Assembly (NCBI GenBank): GCA_030740155.1
Contig: JASLXV010000081.1
Span: forward strand, 1-30,778
DNA from: Dehalococcoidia bacterium
GTDB lineage: Bacteria > Chloroflexota > Dehalococcoidia > Lucifugimonadales > UBA3495
Reading direction: 5' to 3'
DNA: 30,778 nt
A program made the position numbers and the translations under genes. Shown in pieces: positions 7,831 through 16,303 of the stretch. Numbering within the stretch: the stretch's first letter is position 1; every line of letters begins with the position of its first letter. The notes under the pieces were generated by a model. The model saw only the letters and a list, made by a program, of their open reading frames with translations. It did no database searches and had not been told where the DNA came from.

Positions 7831-8733
7831 TCATCCCTTGGCCTTCGCCCTCAGGGCCAAGCTGTTGGCGAAGAGAGCGGCGCCCAGGGCGCCGGCGGTC
7901 TGGGGGTCTGTACCCTCGGGCGGCGCCAGGGCCTTTACCCCCAGCTTCCGCTCGATGCGCTTGACGATGCCGGGGTTCTTGGCGATACCCCCGGTGATGG
8001 CGAACTCCGGCTCCAGGCCGATGCGCTCCAAGAGGGTGACCACCCGGCCCGCCATGGCTTCGCAGAAGGCGGCCAGGGCCAGCTCCCGGGAATAGCCGGT
8101 GCGCAGCAAACCCAGGACCTCCGACTTGGCGAAGACGACGCAGGTGCTGCTGACAGCGGGAGGGTCTTTCTCCACGTTCAGGGAGAGGGGGCCCATCTCC
8201 GTTACGGAGACCTTCATCAGCTCGGCCATGGTCTCCATGCCCCGCCCCGTGCCGGCGGCGCACTTGTCGTTCATGAGAAACTCTTCCAGCTTGCCCCTTT
8301 CGTCGCAGCGGATGGCCTTGCAGTCCTGCCCCCCCATGTCCAAGATTGTGCGGACGGTGGGACCGTAGATGAAGTTGGCCCCCCGGGCGTGGCAGCTGAT
8401 CTCGGTGATCTGGCGCTGGGCGAAGGGGATGTTCACTCGTCCGTAGCCGGTGCCCACCACGTAGGCCACGTCTTCGAGGGAGAGAGCCGCGGGCTCCAGG
8501 GCCCATTCCATGGCCTGCTGAGCTATTGAGGCGCTGTCGGCGGAGGTCCGGATGCTGGCGAAGGCGAAGGGTTGGCCGTCCCGCAGCACAACGGCTTGGG
8601 TGCTGACCGAACCGACGTCAATGCCGCCGGTCAGGAGGGCGCCATCGGTCCCGCCCGTGTCTTCGGCGTGCCAGCGGTACTCTTCCCACCGCCAGTATTC
8701 CCGATCTCCTCGCTCCAACACCTCGCGCACCAT
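7831..8733 (-). CDS. bzdQ: Bzd-type aryl-CoA reductase ATPase (activator) subunit Q
   Basis: EYWRWEEYRW N-terminus, GIDVGSVS, LDMGGQD, MNDKCAAGTG, STCVVFAKSE. Start at ATG 8733 after RBS GAGGAGG. Confidence 0.88.
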   Translation of the reverse strand: MVREVLERGDREYWRWEEYRWHAEDTGGTDGALLTGGIDVGSVSTQAVVLRDGQPFAFASIRTSADSASIAQQAMEWALEPAALSLEDVAYVVGTGYGRVNIPFAQRQITEISCHARGANFIYGPTVRTILDMGGQDCKAIRCDERGKLEEFLMNDKCAAGTGRGMETMAELMKVSVTEMGPLSLNVEKDPPAVSSTCVVFAKSEVLGLLRTGYSRELALAAFCEAMAGRVVTLLERIGLEPEFAITGGIAKNPGIVKRIERKLGVKALAPPEGTDPQTAGALGAALFANSLALRAKAKG

Positions 8734-8753
8734 GGAATGGTCCTCCTCTAAGG

Positions 8754-9554
8754 TTATAGGGCAGCCGTTCGATTCTCGCTTTGGGCGTTTCGCACCCCCA
8801 TGACCGCGGCGCCCACCGCCGCGACCATGTCCGGGGGATCGGGCACCTCCAGGTGGTCCACCTCGAGGGTTTGGCGCAGGGCCTCCACGAAACCCACGTC
8901 CCAGCCCATGCCGCCGCACACCATCATCGCCTCTTCCGCGCCCACCCGGTGGACCAGGGCGGCCAGCCGCCGGGCCATGGACACGTGGATGGCCAGCATG
9001 ATGTTCTCCCGGGGGGTCTTGGCGTGGATCTGGGAGATGATCTCAGTCTCGGCAAAAACAACACAGGTGGCGCTCATGTCCGCCGCCTCGGTAGCCGTGA
9101 GGGAGAGCCGGCCCGCCTCATCCAGGGGGACCTCCAGCATGCGGGCGGCGGTCCGGACGAAGGAGCCGGTACCGGCGGCGCACTGATCGTTGGTGGCGAA
9201 GCGCTCCATCTGACCCTGGGGGCCGACCCGGATGGCCCGGGCGTCCTCCGCTCCCACGTCCATTACGGTGCGGGCTTCCGGCGCCAGGAAATTGGCCCCC
9301 GCGGCGACGGCAACGATCTCCGTCACCGTGTGGTTGGCCCCGGACACCCAGGTAGAGCCGGTGCCCGTGGCCACCAGATAGCCTAGGTCGCCCCGCTCCA
9401 GGCCCCCGAGCTTCAATACCTCCTGGAGGACCTGCTGGGCCGTGGCATCGATGTCGAACTCGGTGGGGACCCGCGCGGTGGCCACCAGGCCCTGAGGGCC
9501 GACGATGGCCGCCTTGGTGACCTCTGATCCTACGTCAATTCCCACGACGTACAT
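8754..9554 (-). CDS. bzdP: Bzd-type aryl-CoA reductase ATPase (activator) subunit P
   Basis: GIDVGSE, DVGAEDAR, NDQCAAGTGSF, ATCVVFAETE (ASKHA fold with [4Fe-4S] Cys ligands). Confidence 0.85.
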   Translation of the reverse strand: MYVVGIDVGSEVTKAAIVGPQGLVATARVPTEFDIDATAQQVLQEVLKLGGLERGDLGYLVATGTGSTWVSGANHTVTEIVAVAAGANFLAPEARTVMDVGAEDARAIRVGPQGQMERFATNDQCAAGTGSFVRTAARMLEVPLDEAGRLSLTATEAADMSATCVVFAETEIISQIHAKTPRENIMLAIHVSMARRLAALVHRVGAEEAMMVCGGMGWDVGFVEALRQTLEVDHLEVPDPPDMVAAVGAAVMGVRNAQSENRTAAL

Positions 9555-9584
9555 GGTACGCTCCTTATCATCCGGGCCCGAGTT

Positions 9585-10715
9585 CTAGAAGAGGGCATTC
9601 TCTAGAAGGGTCTCCATGAAGGCCTCCACCCTGGTGCGGATGGGGCCGTATGGGGTAGGGAAGGTCATCTCCACCCGGAGGGTGGGGATGTCTTCCTCCT
9701 TCAGTTTGGCTTCCAGGACCGGCGTTTCCCAACCGTGGGGATCGCAGAACTTCTGGAGGGCGAAGATAACACCGCTGACGTTGTACTCGCGCGCCAGGTT
9801 CATGATGTGCGGGACGCGGGTGCGGCTAGTCCAGTCCCGCAGGGGGCATCGGGGCCGGTCGATGTAGCGCTGGGCCAGCGTCAGTATCCGGTCCTCGGCT
9901 GGAGTCACCTCGTTCCAGAAGTAGCGGGTGCCGGCGCATTCGTCGTCGGTGACGATGAGCATCCCTGCCTGCTCGATGGTGCGCACCAACTCCACGTCGT
10001 TCAGCTCGCTGCCCACCAGCATGCCCCTGAGTTCCGGAAGGTCGATCTGCCGGCCTTCCAACTCCCCTAGGAGCTGCTCCAGCAGCTGGTTGTGATCCGC
10101 CTTGTCCATGTAGAATCCGGCCAGCACCACCTCCAGGACCTCGGCTCCGGTGATGGGCGGGGTGGGGCTCTTGCGCGTCTCGTAGAGCCGATGCAGCAGC
10201 CGGCGGTTGGTGTTGTACACCTCGAAGGCGTGGTCCAGCGCCTCGTTGGTAATGGCCTCGCCCCGCCACTCCTCGACCTGTTTCCGGAAGGTTTCCATCT
10301 CCCGGCCCCAGTAAGCGGGGGCCGCCGGAGTCTGGAGGTTCCAGGGGGCGTCGATGAAGTGTTTCTTGGGGCCGGGGATCTCCCGCTGCCAGATCTCGTA
10401 CATCTGGGTCATGTGGATACAGGTGAGGGTGCTCACGAAGTAGCCCAGATAGTCGTAATGCCCGTCCAGCCCGGCGGAGACGCAGCTCCGCGAGAAGCCG
10501 CACCAGGTGGCGCCCATGGACCGGTCCGCCGATCCGGGGTATCCCAGGTCGCCGAAGATCCGCACCGGAAGGACCCCCGCCGCATAGGCGATCTCCTCAG
10601 GGACGTAGGTGCAGGTGTACCCCAAGACCTGTCCCCCGGTTCGCTCCTTCCAGGCTTTTGGGTAGGCGTGCCGGTCCCGGGTGATCTCCGCCAACTGTGC
10701 CAGCGCATTACTCAT
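9585..10715 (-). CDS. bzdN: Bzd-type aryl-CoA reductase subunit N (HgdAB/FldBC family)
   Basis: RHAYPKAWKERTGGQVLGYTCTYVPEE, DDECAGTRYFWN, RYIDRPRCP, QKFCDPH, GPIRTRVEAF. Alternative start at 10721. Confidence 0.88.
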   Translation of the reverse strand: MSNALAQLAEITRDRHAYPKAWKERTGGQVLGYTCTYVPEEIAYAAGVLPVRIFGDLGYPGSADRSMGATWCGFSRSCVSAGLDGHYDYLGYFVSTLTCIHMTQMYEIWQREIPGPKKHFIDAPWNLQTPAAPAYWGREMETFRKQVEEWRGEAITNEALDHAFEVYNTNRRLLHRLYETRKSPTPPITGAEVLEVVLAGFYMDKADHNQLLEQLLGELEGRQIDLPELRGMLVGSELNDVELVRTIEQAGMLIVTDDECAGTRYFWNEVTPAEDRILTLAQRYIDRPRCPLRDWTSRTRVPHIMNLAREYNVSGVIFALQKFCDPHGWETPVLEAKLKEEDIPTLRVEMTFPTPYGPIRTRVEAFMETLLENALF

Positions 10716-12075
10716 TGCCATCTCCCGCCGGAGCGGCGCCCGCCGACCGGCTTTCCCCGATGGGCCGGAGCCCCATCCCCTCCATGAAGGCGTCCAGGGT
10801 CTTCAGGGCGGCCGGGATGTTCAACTCCCGGGGATCGGCGGTACTGGGGTCGATATCCACCGCCGGGACTCCCGCCCGTTGGATCTCGGCCATGCGGGAC
10901 AACCCGCCCAGGGAGCTGGGCCGGCACCGCCGTTCCAATCCCAGGATGACCCCGTCGGCCTTCCAGTCCCGCACCTGGGCCAGGACCTCGTCGCCCTTGG
11001 ACATGGGCCGGCAGGTGACCTGGGTCGCCCGAATGACTCCTTCTCCCCCCAGATAGCGGTCGGCCATGGACCACAGCCCGTCTTCCCGGGTGCGCACGTC
11101 CCAGCCCCGCTCCTTGGGCGTCTTGGAGGGCACCCAACTCCCGTCGGGCGTCACGTCCCAGACCCCGAAGCTGACGAAGGGAAGGCTGCCCCCGACGAGG
11201 ACGGCCCCGTAGGCCTCGGGGTAGCGGAGGAGCTTCTGCCCCTCGGGGAAGAACGGGATGAAGTCGTCCCACAGGAGCCGGGCCGTCTCCACGCCCCGGG
11301 CGGAGATGCCCTCATCAACCCGCTGCTTCACCTCGTCGTACACCGTCCGGTAGAACTCCAGGATGTGGGGCTTGTCCCGGTCCAGGATGAGGGGAATACG
11401 CAGGGAGGTGAGCATACGGTAGTCCAGGGGTGCGGGAACGGCCTGGTTGAGAACGCAGATGCGGGACCAGAGGGCGCTGGTCTCCCAGTCCAGCTCCAGG
11501 GCGCGGAGGAACAGCTCGTCCTGAAACTTCTTGCCGGTGATCCCTTCGATCTCCTCGATGGCGATATGGAATTGGTCCACCATGTACTGGAGGTCCGGCG
11601 ACTGGTAGCCGTAGCGGAATGGCAGGTCCAGGGTGACTATGGGGACCCCTCCCAGGTGCTCCACCACCGACTGGACCATCTTCATCGTGAAGGGGCACAG
11701 CTCCCACTGGAAGACGAAGTCCGGCTTCCGGCCTTCCAGGGCCTCGGTCAGGTGGCCCCGGTACACGCCCCCCAGGTGCAGTTTGAGGGAGCTGCACAGG
11801 TCCTTCGGGTAGCCTCGGGTCTCCAACAGCTCCAGGTTGGCCACGTTCTCGTCGTAGGAGCGCACCATCTTGGTGAACCGGGGCTCGTATTGCCAGCTGG
11901 CATACTCCCCGAACCCGGCCATCAAGGGCTGGAACTCCTCGATGATGCCCACGGCCACCATTCCACCCGAATTGGCCGTCTGCTCGTTGTGGACGTGATG
12001 GGCGCGGCGTAACTCCTTCATCTTGGCCCAGCATTCCAGGGGCTTGATTGGGTAACGTTGGAGGGTCTGCACCAT
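10708..12075 (-). CDS. bzdO: Bzd-type aryl-CoA reductase subunit O, divergent
   Basis: YPIKPLECWAKMKELR, GYPKDLCS, KPDFVFQ, PAPLD, GVWDVTPDGSW, WKADGVIL. Overlaps the bzdN start. Confidence 0.82.
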   Translation of the reverse strand: MVQTLQRYPIKPLECWAKMKELRRAHHVHNEQTANSGGMVAVGIIEEFQPLMAGFGEYASWQYEPRFTKMVRSYDENVANLELLETRGYPKDLCSSLKLHLGGVYRGHLTEALEGRKPDFVFQWELCPFTMKMVQSVVEHLGGVPIVTLDLPFRYGYQSPDLQYMVDQFHIAIEEIEGITGKKFQDELFLRALELDWETSALWSRICVLNQAVPAPLDYRMLTSLRIPLILDRDKPHILEFYRTVYDEVKQRVDEGISARGVETARLLWDDFIPFFPEGQKLLRYPEAYGAVLVGGSLPFVSFGVWDVTPDGSWVPSKTPKERGWDVRTREDGLWSMADRYLGGEGVIRATQVTCRPMSKGDEVLAQVRDWKADGVILGLERRCRPSSLGGLSRMAEIQRAGVPAVDIDPSTADPRELNIPAALKTLDAFMEGMGLRPIGESRSAGAAPAGDGNE

Positions 12076-12179
12076 GTCGCTGCCTCCTCAACGGCACTGG
12101 GCCGTCATCTTCAATTTTCGAGCCCATCCGGGCTCTTCCGGGTGGCTGAGTCCTGGTCATTCGATTGGATCGGGTGATT

Positions 12180-12331
12180 AGTTGCTAGCCCAAAACCTTG
12201 AGTGCCGGTTTCAGCGGTCCTTCGACAGGCTCAGGACGAACGGGATGGGCGCTCCTGCTTCGTTCGCGGTGAGGCTCAGGACAATCGGAAAGGGCGCTCC
12301 TGCTCCGTTCGTGGTGAGCTTGTCGAACCAC
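12180..12331. repeat. MITE/REP-like element, degenerate copy of 19115-19238 in opposite orientation with an internal duplication
   Basis: CCCAAAACCTTGAGTGCCG..TCCTTCGACAGGCTCAGGACGAACGG..GGGCGCTCCT..CGTTCGTGGTGAGCTTGTCGAACCAC. Confidence 0.85.
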
Positions 12332-12348
12332 TTCATCTTTGTTCTTGC

Positions 12349-13572
12349 TCAGAGCACGCCCGAGTCCCTGACTTGGGCAATGCGCTCGGGGCTGTAGCCC
12401 AGGATGCCGCTCAACACCTCCTCGGTGTGCTCCCCCAGCCGGGGGGCCAGGCCCCTGGGCCGGGCCGGCGTCTTCTCGAAGTGGACTGGAGGCCCCACCA
12501 GCTTCCAGGGGGTCCCATCATCGTCCTCAAGGTCTACCACGTAGCCGCTCTCCACGGCCTGGGAATACTTGACCGCCTCCTCCGTGTTCAGCACGGGGGC
12601 GTAGCCAAACTGGCACCCGTTTACATCGAAGATGCAGATCCACTCGTCCCGGGGCCGGGTGGCGAAGGCCTCCTCTAGCCCCTGGATGGCCACTCCGTAG
12701 TGCTCCCGCCGCTTGACGGCGTTCTCCAGCCGGGGGTCCATGGCCAGGTCCTCCCGGTCCATCAGGAGGCACATCTCCTCCCAGTAACGGTCCGACTGGG
12801 GCTCCGCCAGAATGATCCACTTGTTGTCGGAGCACCGGTAGTGGTTGGACATGGGGTTGCGGGCGCGGGCGCGGGAGTGGCGTCCCATGGCCCGCCCTTG
12901 CATGAGGGCGGTATTTACGTTGACGGCTTGCATGTGAAGGGCCGTTCCGAGGAGAGACGCTTCCACCATCTGACCCTCCCCGGTTCGCTCCCGGTGCAGC
13001 AGGGCCGCCAGGATGCCCCAAGCGCTCATGGTCGCCCCCGACTGGTCGAAGAGTCCTCCCACCACCTGCCACGGCTCGTCGTGGTCCCGCTCCCCCATCA
13101 TCCACATCACCCCCGAGAGGGCCTGGGCCAGAGGGTCGAAGAAGCGCTTCGAGGTGATGGGTCCCCGGGGTCCGACGGGGGATGCCAGGGTGTAGATGAG
13201 CTTGGAATTAAACTTGCGCAGGGTTTCGTAGTCGGCGCCCATGCGGCAGAGGGTGGCCGGCCGGAAGTTGGTGAGGAACACGTCGGTCTTCGCCACCAGC
13301 TCGTGGAAGATCTGCCGGCCGGGTTCCTGCCTCAGGTCGAGGGTAATGCTCTTCTTGTCGCGGTTGGCGGTCTCCATGAAAAGGTTCCGGCCGCCGGGCA
13401 GGGCCATGCTGGAGCCCCACAGGTTATAGAAGTGGCGGGAGGCGTCACCCACTCCGGGCTCCTCCACCTTGATGACCTCAGCTCCCAGTTGCGCCAGCAT
13501 GTAACCCCCCGCGGTGCCATGCTGGAAGGTCGTGCATTCCAGAATCCGAATGCCCTCTAAGATATCGCCCAT
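12349..13572 (-). CDS. Family III (CaiB/BaiF) CoA-transferase
   Basis: LGAEVIKVEEPGVGD, NRDKKSITLDL, TNFRP, Asp in GLFDQSG, APRLGEHTEEVL. Confidence 0.93.
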   Translation of the reverse strand: MGDILEGIRILECTTFQHGTAGGYMLAQLGAEVIKVEEPGVGDASRHFYNLWGSSMALPGGRNLFMETANRDKKSITLDLRQEPGRQIFHELVAKTDVFLTNFRPATLCRMGADYETLRKFNSKLIYTLASPVGPRGPITSKRFFDPLAQALSGVMWMMGERDHDEPWQVVGGLFDQSGATMSAWGILAALLHRERTGEGQMVEASLLGTALHMQAVNVNTALMQGRAMGRHSRARARNPMSNHYRCSDNKWIILAEPQSDRYWEEMCLLMDREDLAMDPRLENAVKRREHYGVAIQGLEEAFATRPRDEWICIFDVNGCQFGYAPVLNTEEAVKYSQAVESGYVVDLEDDDGTPWKLVGPPVHFEKTPARPRGLAPRLGEHTEEVLSGILGYSPERIAQVRDSGVL

Positions 13573-13801
13573 GGTTCACCCCCGGCGTATTGCCACCGCC
13601 CCGGACGGCGCGACCGCCTTCCCGGTGTCTTGTGCCTCCGGTGGCTGAAGCGTGAACAGGGACGCCGGATCTTTGGTGAGGAGGCGGACCTGCTCCACGG
13701 AGGCTCACTTGTCCCTCTGATCGCTACTGGACCGCGCCCCACTGGGATACCCCATTTCAACGGGCGCGGAGGCAACCTGCGTGCCGTCTCAGAACAGAGC
13801 C

Positions 13802-13830
13802 ATAGTAGTATCAATCACGAATGCCGTCAA
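13802..13830 (-). promoter_or_regulatory. Putative sigma70 promoter of the CoA-transferase/bzd operon
   Basis: TTGACG-N17-TACTAT on the minus strand. Confidence 0.55.
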
Positions 13831-14153
13831 CCATCTCATCAAGCGCATCAGCCTGTCCGGCGGCGTCGTGAACTGGAGTTTGACGGGTAATGGCGGAGGC
13901 TTTCACTACATTCGCCCCGTGGAATGGCCAGGAGCATGAATATCGCGGAGGTCACCGAGATGGGGTGGAGCGGGAATGGATCAGAGCGGTTAGGTAGCGA
14001 AGTTGCTGGTAATGCTACTGTGTGCAAATCTCCCTCGCTCCGCTTCATGAAAGGGGGCTTTGCCTCAAAGCCGTATCTTTTTTCGAAAGTGCCATGCTGT
14101 GCCAGCCGTGGCGTCAAGGCATCTGGGGAAGGGCTTCTCCTCCACCTCCCCAG

Positions 14154-14185
14154 ATCCCGAGTCCTTCCCGCGAAGGACTCGGGAT
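14154..14185. repeat. Perfect 14-bp inverted repeat (REP-like hairpin or terminator downstream of the cyclase gene)
   Basis: ATCCCGAGTCCTTC-CCGC-GAAGGACTCGGGAT. Confidence 0.6.
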
Positions 14186-14261
14186 GACGATGCGGTGTCC
14201 ATTTCGTTCTCGTGGAGACCCTCTGCGGCGGGCCAGATGTTCAAGGGATTTTGCGGAATCC

Positions 14262-15209
14262 TCAGAAGGTCGCCAGCGGGGTCACCGGCGAGCCGGTGAC
14301 GGTGGGAAACCGGAGCGCCGCCATGGTGAACATAAAGTCCCACCGGCCGAGGGCCTCGCATTGAACCACCAGGTCGTCGAAGTTGGCGTTGTCGAGGAGC
14401 CACAACCCCATGGCAACGATACCCACCTGGTGAATCGGCATATCGAGGGCCTCGTAGCCGCTGGGGATAACGTCGTGGGCGGCGTCGGAGGCGATCAAGG
14501 ACACGCCTCGTTCCCTCAGCCAGGGCAGCGTCTCGGCGTGGAGGCCGGGCCTTCCGTCGACCCGGATCACCGGGCCGAGGGCCAGCCGCCGCTTGTACCA
14601 GCCCAGGCGGAGGCACAAGGCGTCCCCAACTCCGACCCGCACGCCCTGAGCCGCCTCGGCAGCCTCCAGGTCTTCCACGTACACCGCCTCGCCCGGCTCG
14701 AACCACTCTTTGCCCCGGACCTTGGTGATGTCCAGCAAGACGCCTCGGGTGATGACGCCGTCCTTGAGCACCGCGACGTCGTTCACCGTCGCCCCGCCCC
14801 TGGTGGTCACCATCTCGGCCGGCCGTCCCCCGTACATCTTCCCGTCCCAAAAAACGTGGCTGAGGGCGTCGATGTGGGTGCAGTAGAGGCCGTGGAAGGC
14901 CAGGGCGATGAGGTCCCCCACCGCCTGGCGGGGACCCCGGGCCCCGGCCGAAGCCAGGTTGTAGCCCTCGCCGCTTTCCAGCATGAAGTGCAACGGCGGG
15001 ATGGGCGTATCGATGGCCGGCGCGGTGGAGATGGGCCGGGCACAGCCGACGGTGATGCCGAGCTTGACCAGGGCGGCGGCCCGGATCCGAGTCTCGTTGT
15101 CGACCAGGTTCAAGGTCCCCAGCAGGTCGTCATCTCCCCAGCGGCCCCAGTTGCTCAGGGTGTTGAAATACTCCAGGACTTCTTCTTCTGACGGGATTCG
15201 TGGCGCCAT
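14262..15209 (-). CDS. Cyclase family metal-dependent hydrolase (kynurenine formamidase/isatin hydrolase-like)
   Basis: LSNWGRWGDDDLLGTLN, HGLYCTHIDALSH, TRGVLLD, LWLLDN, TGSPVTP. Start reset to ATG 15209 because the tracked extension runs through a repeat. Confidence 0.9.
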   Translation of the reverse strand: MAPRIPSEEEVLEYFNTLSNWGRWGDDDLLGTLNLVDNETRIRAAALVKLGITVGCARPISTAPAIDTPIPPLHFMLESGEGYNLASAGARGPRQAVGDLIALAFHGLYCTHIDALSHVFWDGKMYGGRPAEMVTTRGGATVNDVAVLKDGVITRGVLLDITKVRGKEWFEPGEAVYVEDLEAAEAAQGVRVGVGDALCLRLGWYKRRLALGPVIRVDGRPGLHAETLPWLRERGVSLIASDAAHDVIPSGYEALDMPIHQVGIVAMGLWLLDNANFDDLVVQCEALGRWDFMFTMAALRFPTVTGSPVTPLATF

Positions 15210-15278
15210 ATCGTTCGCCTTCTCCTCGTTGCAATTCGCTTGGTGTCTATCCAATAACTCCAAATGAGGCCGCTTTTG

Positions 15279-15339
15279 GTCCTTCGACAGGCTCAGGACG
15301 AACGGATTTTTCCTGTTTATGGTGAGCTTGTCGAACCAC
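15279..15339. repeat. REP-like hairpin core (same family as the 12180 and 19115 elements)
   Basis: GTCCTTCGACAGGCTCAGGACGAACGG..GGTGAGCTTGTCGAACCAC. Confidence 0.85.
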
Positions 15340-15363
15340 GGCGCCTGGTTGTTCGATGGGCTG

Positions 15364-16239
15364 TCAATGGCCGGGCGACGACCGGAGCCGCTGTTCCCGC
15401 TTTTCCAGGATGGAGTCGGCAATGCCCTGAACGATGCGCCACAGCATCTTGAAAAGATCGCTCCCGTCCCGGAAATCGGCCGCATACGGGCCGACGGTCA
15501 GCCTCTCGCCTTCGGCCAGCTCGTAGGGCTTCCTCAGTTCCGTGTCTTCCGGCGGCCACACCCCGATCGCCTTTCCCTTCAACCGGCGGATCATGGAGAA
15601 GCAAGGGATATCGCTGGGTCCGTCACCGATGTAGACCATGTGCTCGAAGGGCACCCGCCGGTCTTCATCCTTGATGGCGTCGTTCACCCGGAAGGGTCTT
15701 CGCCGCAGCTCCGTGCCCGACAATCCCTTACTTATCGCGTGAATGAATTTGGTTTTCTCCGTGAAGGTCACCGACCGTTTTACGGCCACGGCCCGGTCCG
15801 CATCATCGTAGGCAAAAGCGCAGGCAAAGATGTCGTTGGCCAGCCGGCCGAGAGGAGTGGCGCCCAGGACTCCCTCGATCCCGCTGCTGACGATGTACCA
15901 CTCGACCGTGACACCGGCCTCCCGGTACTCGGCTTGGCCGGACAGCTTGTCACGGAGCCGGTCGACAAAATCCAATGCGCCTGGATAGAACTCAACATCG
16001 CCGCCCACGCCTTCCAGTTTCGACTTCGTTAATGGGCCGGCTGGGCGGTCCTGGGTGGGTTCCAAAAGTTGGTTCAGATAGGCGAGGGTGTGGTCCCAAC
16101 CGTCCTCGACGAGGCCGACCACGTCTCTCTTCCAGAACCGGCCGGATTCAAGGCCCAGTTCCCGGACCAGCTTGTCGGTGGAGTCCGGGCACAGAGTGCC
16201 GTCACAGTCACAAATAATGGCGATGACGTCCTGGGCCAT
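15364..16239 (-). CDS. HAD-superfamily hydrolase
   Basis: Motif I CDCDGTL, motif II IVSSG, motif IV YIGDGPSD. Start at ATG 16239 after GGAGGG. Confidence 0.88.
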   Translation of the reverse strand: MAQDVIAIICDCDGTLCPDSTDKLVRELGLESGRFWKRDVVGLVEDGWDHTLAYLNQLLEPTQDRPAGPLTKSKLEGVGGDVEFYPGALDFVDRLRDKLSGQAEYREAGVTVEWYIVSSGIEGVLGATPLGRLANDIFACAFAYDDADRAVAVKRSVTFTEKTKFIHAISKGLSGTELRRRPFRVNDAIKDEDRRVPFEHMVYIGDGPSDIPCFSMIRRLKGKAIGVWPPEDTELRKPYELAEGERLTVGPYAADFRDGSDLFKMLWRIVQGIADSILEKREQRLRSSPGH

Positions 16240-16303
16240 CGGCCACCCTCCCGTGAAAGGCTGAAAAAGGGCGCTGCGCCCCAAACCCCCGGCGGCTGCC
16301 CGA

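Noticed and set aside
8734..8919. N-terminal extension of bzdQ
   Set aside because: It overlaps bzdP in another frame, and a strong RBS precedes ATG 8733.
10681..12012. Long antisense ORFs (also 4734-5789, 14022-15191, 12700-13560)
   Set aside because: Shadow frames of well-supported genes in high-GC DNA, with no recognisable motifs.
7831..12075. Plain 2-hydroxyacyl-CoA dehydratase plus activator
   Set aside because: Two distinct ATPase subunits, the BzdQ EYWRW N-terminus, the BzdO YPxxPLxCWxKxKELR start and a BzdM-type ferredoxin favour a Bzd-type reductase, although the substrate is unknown.
15210..15485. N-terminal extension of the cyclase ORF
   Set aside because: It runs through a REP-like repeat and overlaps the HAD gene; the family N-terminus and RBS fit ATG 15209.
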